From positions 928,001 through 992,000 of the forward strand of contig CAWHTE010000007.1 of assembly GCA_963832165.1 (NCBI GenBank): a stretch of DNA of 64,000 nt, written 5' to 3'. Origin of the DNA: an uncultured delta proteobacterium. GTDB taxonomy: Bacteria; Myxococcota_A; UBA9160; SMWR01. The notes under the pieces are model-generated. The model worked only from the letters and a program-made list of their open reading frames with translations. It was not told where the DNA came from and did not search any database. Of this stretch, positions 58,325 through 64,000 are shown in pieces; the stretch's first letter is position 1, and the number at the start of each line of letters is the position of its first letter. The position numbers and the translations under genes were made by a program.

Positions 58325-59079
58325 GTCACCGGTCATCCGCTCTCCTTCCCCAGCCGCTTTGCGCCGTCACCTTCGACTGCTGGAGCACGCTGCTCGTCGA
58401 ACGCAACTGGTCGGTTGCGCACGCGCTGCGGATCGACGCCCTCGTCGAAGCAGCGAAGCGGGCTGGTCGCGAGAATGATCGCGCCGAGTTGTCCGGTGTC
58501 TTCGACGCGGCGTGGAACCGCCACATCGCGCGCTGGACGAGCGGCGTCGCGTCGGGCGCAGCCGAGCTCGCACGCGACGCATTCGGGATCCTCGGCTTCT
58601 CGGAGGAGAGCGCGGGCTTCGCAGCACTCGTCACGGCCTGGGAGGAGGCCTCGCACTCCGGGGCCGTGGAGGCCGTGGACGGGACCCACGCTCACCTCGC
58701 GTTCCTGTCGGGGGCGGGCCTTCGCCTTGGCGTGGTTTGCGACACCGGCCTGACGCCCGGGCGCGTGGTCCGACGCCTCCTGGACGACGCGGGTCTCCTG
58801 ACCTACTTCGATGTCTGCGTCTTCTCGGACGAGGTCGGCGTGCCAAAGCCCCATCCGCGGATGTTTCACACGGCACTCGAGGCGCTGGCAGCCGACGCCT
58901 CCCAAAGCGCTCACGTCGGAGACCTGCTGCGCACCGATGTCGCCGGAGCGCGCGGCGTCGGAATGGCGTCCATCCGGATTCGCGCTGTCTACGATGATCC
59001 GAGCGAGCAACCCGAGGCGGATCTCCTCGCCGACTCCCACGCCCAGCTGCAGGAGATCTTCGAACGCGCACTGGGCTGA
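58321..59079 (+). CDS. HAD family hydrolase
   Basis: FDCWSTL, FSDEVGVPKPHP, HVGDLLRTDVAGA. Confidence 0.9.
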   Translation: MSHRSSALLPQPLCAVTFDCWSTLLVERNWSVAHALRIDALVEAAKRAGRENDRAELSGVFDAAWNRHIARWTSGVASGAAELARDAFGILGFSEESAGFAALVTAWEEASHSGAVEAVDGTHAHLAFLSGAGLRLGVVCDTGLTPGRVVRRLLDDAGLLTYFDVCVFSDEVGVPKPHPRMFHTALEALAADASQSAHVGDLLRTDVAGARGVGMASIRIRAVYDDPSEQPEADLLADSHAQLQEIFERALG

Positions 59080-59110
59080 TCGCGCGTTTTTCGGAAGATC
59101 CGGGCTGAAC

Positions 59111-59127
59111 TTGGCAGGTGAATTGCA
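59111..59127 (+). promoter_or_regulatory. Sigma54 (-24/-12) promoter
   Basis: TTGGCAGGTGAATTGCA = GG-N10-GC, upstream of the coiled-coil gene. Confidence 0.65.
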
Positions 59128-59268
59128 CGGCCGCGGGTAAGAGCTGCAGTTTCGCTGCTCAGGAGCGCGCACAGGCCTTCCCAGCTTGTTTCAACGCGAT
59201 TGAGAAAGCGCGACTGCGCTATACGGCTTGCAGTTTCTACAATTCACTTGCTCCCGAGGAGGTTCACG

Positions 59269-60414
59269 ATGAAGCCGATCCATGTGCTCACGTCCGCGCT
59301 GCTGATGTTCGGACTCGCAAGCGCGGCAAATGCCAACGAATTCGACGATCGCGACGCGCTGGCAGAAATGCTCGCCGCCGACACCGTCGCCGAGCTCGCC
59401 GATGCGGAAGAGGAGCTCGCAGGCGCCCAGGACACGCTCACTGCGGCTGAACAAGACCTCGCCGACGCCCAAGCGGCGCTGACCGAGGCCGAAGCGGCGG
59501 AGACCGAGGCCGAGGCGGCACTGACCGAGGCCGAAGCGGCGGAGACCGAGGCCGAGGCGGCGGAGACCGAGGCCGCGGCTGCGCTCGATGCGGCCGAGCA
59601 GGCAAAGACCGACGCAGATGCCGCACTGGTCACCGCTCAGGATGCGCTCGCCGCCGGCATCGCCGCGGCGCTGCCGCCGGAGCAGCTCGCTCCCCTCGAG
59701 GCGGACGTCGCGGCGAAGACCACTGCACGCGATGCCGCGGCAGCGGAACTCACCCAGGCTCAGGCCGACGACACCGCGGCGCAGGCTGCGACGGACGCTG
59801 CGCAGGCTGCGACGACGGCTGCGCAGGCTGAGGCGGACGCTGCGCAGGCTGCTACCGCGGCTGCACAGACCGCCATCGATGACGCCGAGGCGGCCATCGT
59901 GACCGCACAGGCGGATGTCGACGCGGCGGAAGCCACCGTGGCGGCGCTCGAGGCCGAGGTCGAGGCCTTCCAGCAGTTCGTCGCCGACCTCAGTGATTCC
60001 CAGGTCGTCGCGCTGAACCGCTCCCTCAACAACGCCGTGCACAGCGGCCTGCACATCGACTTCGATCTCGAGCTGCTCCAGCGGATCCTCGACGAGGACT
60101 TCGGGCATCGCGAGATCCAGACGCTCACGCGGGCACTCGAGCTCGAGGCGCGCTTCGCTCAGCACGCCGCGCGGTTCGAAGCGAAGGCCGAGGCCACTGG
60201 CAACGACAAGTTCCTCGGCCATGCCGAGCGGATGGCCGACCGCGGCGCCTCGCTGAAGGAGAAGTTCCTCGACAGGATCGCTTCGGACGCAGTCTCCGAC
60301 GCCACGAGCGACGCGGTCGACGAGGCCACCACGCAGGAGGTCAAGCACGCGGCGAAGCTGGCGGCGCGCGAAGCCGCAGGCGAGGCGGCCAAGAAAGGCC
60401 ACGGACGTAACTAG
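59269..60414 (+). CDS. Secreted Ala/Glu/Asp-rich coiled-coil protein
   Basis: SD GAGGAGG; Sec signal ending AANA; about 200 aa of heptad repeats; helical C-terminal domain. Confidence 0.8.
   Translation: MKPIHVLTSALLMFGLASAANANEFDDRDALAEMLAADTVAELADAEEELAGAQDTLTAAEQDLADAQAALTEAEAAETEAEAALTEAEAAETEAEAAETEAAAALDAAEQAKTDADAALVTAQDALAAGIAAALPPEQLAPLEADVAAKTTARDAAAAELTQAQADDTAAQAATDAAQAATTAAQAEADAAQAATAAAQTAIDDAEAAIVTAQADVDAAEATVAALEAEVEAFQQFVADLSDSQVVALNRSLNNAVHSGLHIDFDLELLQRILDEDFGHREIQTLTRALELEARFAQHAARFEAKAEATGNDKFLGHAERMADRGASLKEKFLDRIASDAVSDATSDAVDEATTQEVKHAAKLAAREAAGEAAKKGHGRN
59479..59583 (+). repeat. 21-nt tandem repeat (about 5 units) encoding (L/E)TEAEAA heptads
   Basis: CTGACCGAGGCCGAAGCGGCGGAGACCGAGGCCGAGGCGGC duplicated at 59479 and 59521. 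Confidence 0.85.
59776..59871 (+). repeat. Degenerate 21-nt tandem repeat encoding AAQAxxx heptads
   Basis: GCTGCGCAGGCT core repeated every 21 nt. Confidence 0.75.
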
Positions 60415-60452
60415 CTCCGCACGGGCGACAGCCGCGCAGCAAAGGCCCCGAA

Positions 60453-61952
60453 ATGGGCCGGCGACCCCTACGAAAGCACCGGTGCGCCGTTCTGCTGGTG
60501 GCGATGCTCGCAGCGTCGGCTGCACTCGGATCCACGGACCCGGGTGCAGCCGACGCGATGACCCGCGCTCGCGACCTGCTCGCGGCGGGACGGCTCTATC
60601 CCGCCGAGCAGGCGGCGCGGGAGGCGATTGCACTCGCGCCCGAGCAATCCGACGCGCACCGGCTACTCGGACAGGTTCTCCTGCGCCGCCGGAAACCGGC
60701 GCTGGCAGTGGTGGCCTTCGAGCGCGCGCGGGCCCTCGCGCCCGACGACGCGGAGATCGATCGCGAGCTGGGCGTGGCCTACTACGGGGCCGGTGATTTC
60801 GCGGCGGCGCGCGACCCATTTCGCAGGGCACTCGACCGGAATCCCGAAGACGCAGCTCTGCGCCTCCAGCTCGGTCGCTGCGAGCTCGAGATGGGTAACG
60901 CCGACGAAGCCGCCCGCGAGTTCGAGCGCGCCGCGCAGGATCCCGATCTCCGGCAGGTGGCCCTGTACAACCTGGGATTGGCGCGCGAGCAGAGCGGCCA
61001 GCGCGACGCGGCGCGCGAAGCGTTCGAGGACGCGCTGCAGCTCGACCAGGCGCCGACCGAGCTCACGAATCGCGCCTGGACGCACATCCAGGCGCTCGAG
61101 CAGAGCGAAAAGGATCGGCCGTGGCAGCTCGGATTCGGCGCCGGCCTGCTCTACGACAGCAACGTCCGGCGCGAGGAAGTCGATCGCGAGACTGGCGGGC
61201 CTGATGGCGCCGGTCGTTTCGAGCTCGACGCCTCCTACGCGCTGCCGGTGCGGGACTGGTTCGAGCTCGAAGCGGGTTACAGCTTCGACCAGACTCTCTA
61301 CTTCGACGCGAGTGAGTTCGATCTTCAGTCACACGCAGTCCACTTCACTGCGGAACGACCGATCGGCCCGACCGACGCCTCGCTGGGCTACCTCTACAGC
61401 TTCAATACCCTCGACGGGAGCCGCTTTCTCGATTTCCACGAGATCCGTCCCGCGCTGGGCATGGCTCCCGCGAAATGGTGGTATGCGTCGCTCTCGCCCG
61501 CGCTGCGCGTGAAGCGTTTCGAGGATGAGCCGGAACGCGACGCCGAGCAGGGCGTGCTCGGCCTCCTGCAACTCTTTCCGCTCGGGAATTGGGAGCGGCA
61601 TCTGCTGCTCGGCATCGACGGCCAGATCGAGGACGCCGACGATCGCGCCTTCGATTATCGCGGGTTCACCGCGGAGAGCGGAGTGCAGCTTCCCTTCTGG
61701 ATCGGAGGAGAGCGTCGGCAACGGCTCCAGCTGCGGTACCGCTTCGGCTACCGCGACTACACCGACTCCTCATCCAGCCCCTCGGGCCATCGCCGGGACC
61801 GCGTCCATTCCGCGCGAGCGCGGATCGAGGTCCCGATCGTGCGCTACGTCGCGGTGCGCGCGGAATACGAGTTCGAGGACGCTACCTCGGACGTGCGCAC
61901 GGCCGACTACACGGATCACAAGGTCGAGGTGGTGCTGCGCTTCGACTTGTAG
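60453..61952 (+). CDS. TPR plus C-terminal outer-membrane beta-barrel protein (DUF560/Slam-like)
   Basis: Signal peptide; about 5 TPRs; barrel begins W..FGAGLLYDSNV and ends YTDHKVEVVLRFDL. Confidence 0.78.
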   Translation: MGRRPLRKHRCAVLLVAMLAASAALGSTDPGAADAMTRARDLLAAGRLYPAEQAAREAIALAPEQSDAHRLLGQVLLRRRKPALAVVAFERARALAPDDAEIDRELGVAYYGAGDFAAARDPFRRALDRNPEDAALRLQLGRCELEMGNADEAAREFERAAQDPDLRQVALYNLGLAREQSGQRDAAREAFEDALQLDQAPTELTNRAWTHIQALEQSEKDRPWQLGFGAGLLYDSNVRREEVDRETGGPDGAGRFELDASYALPVRDWFELEAGYSFDQTLYFDASEFDLQSHAVHFTAERPIGPTDASLGYLYSFNTLDGSRFLDFHEIRPALGMAPAKWWYASLSPALRVKRFEDEPERDAEQGVLGLLQLFPLGNWERHLLLGIDGQIEDADDRAFDYRGFTAESGVQLPFWIGGERRQRLQLRYRFGYRDYTDSSSSPSGHRRDRVHSARARIEVPIVRYVAVRAEYEFEDATSDVRTADYTDHKVEVVLRFDL

Positions 61953-62101
61953 TTGCGCTCGCGTCCGGAGTTCCGGACGCTCGTAACGTGATCGCGCTCA
62001 CATTGTGATCGGTGCGCGGCCGCTAGGCTGAAAGCCCGCGGGTGAGGTTGGGCTCGAGCTGCGGGTTTGCACGCGAACGCCGCTGCGTGAAGGGGGGAGA
62101 G

Positions 62102-62641
62102 ATGGCTCTGAGGGACATGGTCTCGAAGCCCGAGCGAGCTCCGGAGCAGCCCGTTTCGGCAGGACAACAACCGCTGCAGCCGTCGGCACCGGCCGCGGCG
62201 CCGCTGGCGCCCGCCGCCCCGCGGACGCCGAGCGCTGTGAGCACCTTCCTCGACGCATCGACAGTCTTCGAGGGCGTGATCCGCAGCAGCGAGCCGCTGC
62301 GCATCGATGGGCGCGTGAAGGGCGAGATCCACTGCGAGCACAGCGTCGTAATCGGCGAATCGGCCCAGATCGAGGCGACGATCCGCGCCGACACGGTGGT
62401 GATCGCGGGCGAGGTGCGGGGCGACGTCCACGCGGCGCGCAAGCTCACGCTGGCCGCCACGGCGCGGATGGTGGGCGAACTCACCACGCCCGGGATCGTG
62501 ATCGAGGAGGGCGCGGAGCTCGTGGGGCAAATCCAGATCGGCGCCCGGCTGCCGACCCAACCGGAGAAGAATGCGGCCTCGGCCGATCGGTCGCGCGACA
62601 ACCGGCCCGCGCCGGCCACTTCGCCGCCGCCCACGGCATAG
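62102..62641 (+). CDS. Bactofilin (polymer-forming cytoskeletal protein)
   Basis: FEGVI..LRIDGRVKGEI..VVIAGEVRGDV..IEEGA..G.I; Pro-rich flanks. Confidence 0.9.
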   Translation: MALRDMVSKPERAPEQPVSAGQQPLQPSAPAAAPLAPAAPRTPSAVSTFLDASTVFEGVIRSSEPLRIDGRVKGEIHCEHSVVIGESAQIEATIRADTVVIAGEVRGDVHAARKLTLAATARMVGELTTPGIVIEEGAELVGQIQIGARLPTQPEKNAASADRSRDNRPAPATSPPPTA

Positions 62642-62678
62642 CGCGCAAAACCGCGCGAAGCGCGGGTATTCTGGATGC

Positions 62679-63893
62679 ATGAGAGACACGCGCCGCTTCG
62701 CCATGATCCTCGCGGCGGTTCTCGTAGCGGCGGCTGCCCGGCCCAGCGCATCCGCCGGCCACCGAGTCGCGGTCGCCTGGGACACCCAGACCTTCGAAGG
62801 ACGTCTGGCGGCACTCGATACCGTGCCGCCGTATGCCTTCGCGACGCCTCCGCTCGCCATCGGTGCGGACGGCCTCGTGCGCGCCGCGCTCGGCCGTGTC
62901 TACCACCTGAGTCGCACGACGGGCGTGCTGACCGTCATCGATCCGGAAACCTGGACGCCGATCCAGAGCTTCGCGCTTGGCGCCGCCAATCAGCCGCGCG
63001 ACATCGCGGTGATCGACGCGGACACCGCGTACGTCTCGCGGCTCGGCGCTCGTTATTTGTGGCGCCTCGATCTTGGGAGTGGGGTGCGCGTCGACGCTGT
63101 CGATCTCGAACCGCTCGGCGCTGGCGACGGCAACCCCGCCATGGACACGATGCTCGTGCACGCGGGTCGCTTGTATCTGCAGCTCGCCGGCGAGCCGGGA
63201 TCGTCGCAGCCGCACTCGATCGCGGTGATCGAGCTCGCTACCGAGACGCTCGTAGACGCCGACCCCGTCGAGCCGGGCATTCAAGGCATCGCTCTATCCG
63301 GGACGGGGCCGCGCTTCAAGATGCACCGGGTCGAGGGAGCGAACCGCCTGTTGGTGAGCGCCACGGGGATCTTTCACGACAATGGCGGCTTCGAGCTGCT
63401 CGATCTCGACGGACTGGTGTCGCTCGGATTGGTCGTTCGCGAGCAGGAGGAAGCGGGCGCGGACGCAGGCGCCTTCACGATGCTCGACGGGCAGCGCGGT
63501 TGGCTGGTGTTCAGCACCGACCTGCTGCTGTCCTCCCACCTGCACGCGTTCACGCTCACGGGCGGCATGGACCCTACCGAAGCGGACGTCTCGCTCGACT
63601 ACTTCGCGCCGCACCTCGTCTACCACGCCGCGAGCGACACGCTCTTCTGGCCCGAGCCCGGAGGCGTGCGGCCCTTCGATGCGACGACGGGTGCGCCGCG
63701 CGCCGAGCCGACGCCGCTCGACGGCCTTCCTACCGACCTCGAGCTGGTGGCGCTGCCAGAAGGGGGAGTCGCCCCGGCGTGGGCGGCCCTTGGACTCCGC
63801 CTGCTGCTGGGTGCGACGGCGCGATCCAGGAGACGTCGCGCATCAGAAGTTCAACTGGATGCCGGCGAACGCGTTCACGTCTTGCGTTCCTGA
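62679..63893 (+). CDS. Secreted YncE-like beta-propeller protein with variant PEP-CTERM tail
   Basis: Signal peptide; LTVIDPET, PRDIAVID..AYVSR, IAVIELATE; C-terminal LPEG, hydrophobic stretch, RSRRRR. Confidence 0.72.
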   Translation: MRDTRRFAMILAAVLVAAAARPSASAGHRVAVAWDTQTFEGRLAALDTVPPYAFATPPLAIGADGLVRAALGRVYHLSRTTGVLTVIDPETWTPIQSFALGAANQPRDIAVIDADTAYVSRLGARYLWRLDLGSGVRVDAVDLEPLGAGDGNPAMDTMLVHAGRLYLQLAGEPGSSQPHSIAVIELATETLVDADPVEPGIQGIALSGTGPRFKMHRVEGANRLLVSATGIFHDNGGFELLDLDGLVSLGLVVREQEEAGADAGAFTMLDGQRGWLVFSTDLLLSSHLHAFTLTGGMDPTEADVSLDYFAPHLVYHAASDTLFWPEPGGVRPFDATTGAPRAEPTPLDGLPTDLELVALPEGGVAPAWAALGLRLLLGATARSRRRRASEVQLDAGERVHVLRS

Positions 63894-64000
63894 GATGCTG
63901 CGGCCCGCGCGGGCCATGAGCGTCCACCACTCGGATAGATCCAGTTGCGTCGCCAGACCGATCGACAGATCCGACCGCTGGACGTCGCTCACCCGGGTGT
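63843..64000 (-). CDS. 3' end of a probable outer-membrane beta-barrel protein (partial)
   Basis: Minus frame reads ..LSIGLATQLDLSEWWTLMARAGRSISGTQDVNAFAGIQLNF-stop, with a terminal Phe beta-signal. Confidence 0.6.
   Translation of the reverse strand, partial: TRVSDVQRSDLSIGLATQLDLSEWWTLMARAGRSISGTQDVNAFAGIQLNF

Noticed and set aside
59479..59871. Tandem repeats as a CRISPR array
   Set aside because: In-frame coding heptads with no unique spacers.
1..64000. tRNA, rRNA, IS/transposase, integrase or prophage genes
   Set aside because: None recognised; intergenic spaces are short and the ORFs are otherwise accounted for. A covariance-model scan would be needed to exclude small RNAs.

Overview
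High-GC bacterial chromosome segment. It appears diderm, from the outer-membrane beta-barrels, PEP-CTERM proteins and sigma54 promoters. The gene mix resembles Myxococcota/Deltaproteobacteria-like soil lineages, with several actinobacterial-like catabolic genes; this is inference, not a search result. No rRNA, tRNA, CRISPR array, transposase or integrase was recognised. Several single-base frameshifts (1-4.1 kb, corA, gnd, zwf) look like long-read errors. Contents in order: (1) three-gene DUF11/Ig-repeat surface cluster with a giant beta-barrel protein; (2) SDR-P450-LLM-SGNH-SDR operon; (3) LysM lipoprotein, two ExeA-like ATPases, PLP aminotransferase, corA, SPFH protein; (4) stress island with three sigma54 motifs (AI-2E, nucleotidyltransferase-BON-metallophosphoesterase-GT4-debranching enzyme, stress protein); (5) lipid/steroid catabolic genes (EchA19-like, CYP142-like, TetR-P450 cassette); (6) gnd-zwf-pgl and an ABC half-transporter with degenerate ATPase motifs; (7) TetR-linked orphan COX III/IV plus membrane-protein cassette; (8) Rieske/extradiol dioxygenase cluster; (9) arsenic locus with a TauD-family dioxygenase translationally coupled between arsR and an aquaporin; (10) PEP-CTERM, MMPL, DUF748, kinase-like and HAD genes; (11) sigma54-preceded coiled-coil protein plus Slam-like TPR/beta-barrel, bactofilin and a beta-propeller protein. 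Best novelty candidates are the TauD-containing ars operon, the DUF11 fibre-like system, the orphan COX III/IV cassette and the coiled-coil/Slam-like pair. All family assignments are from motif recognition by eye.
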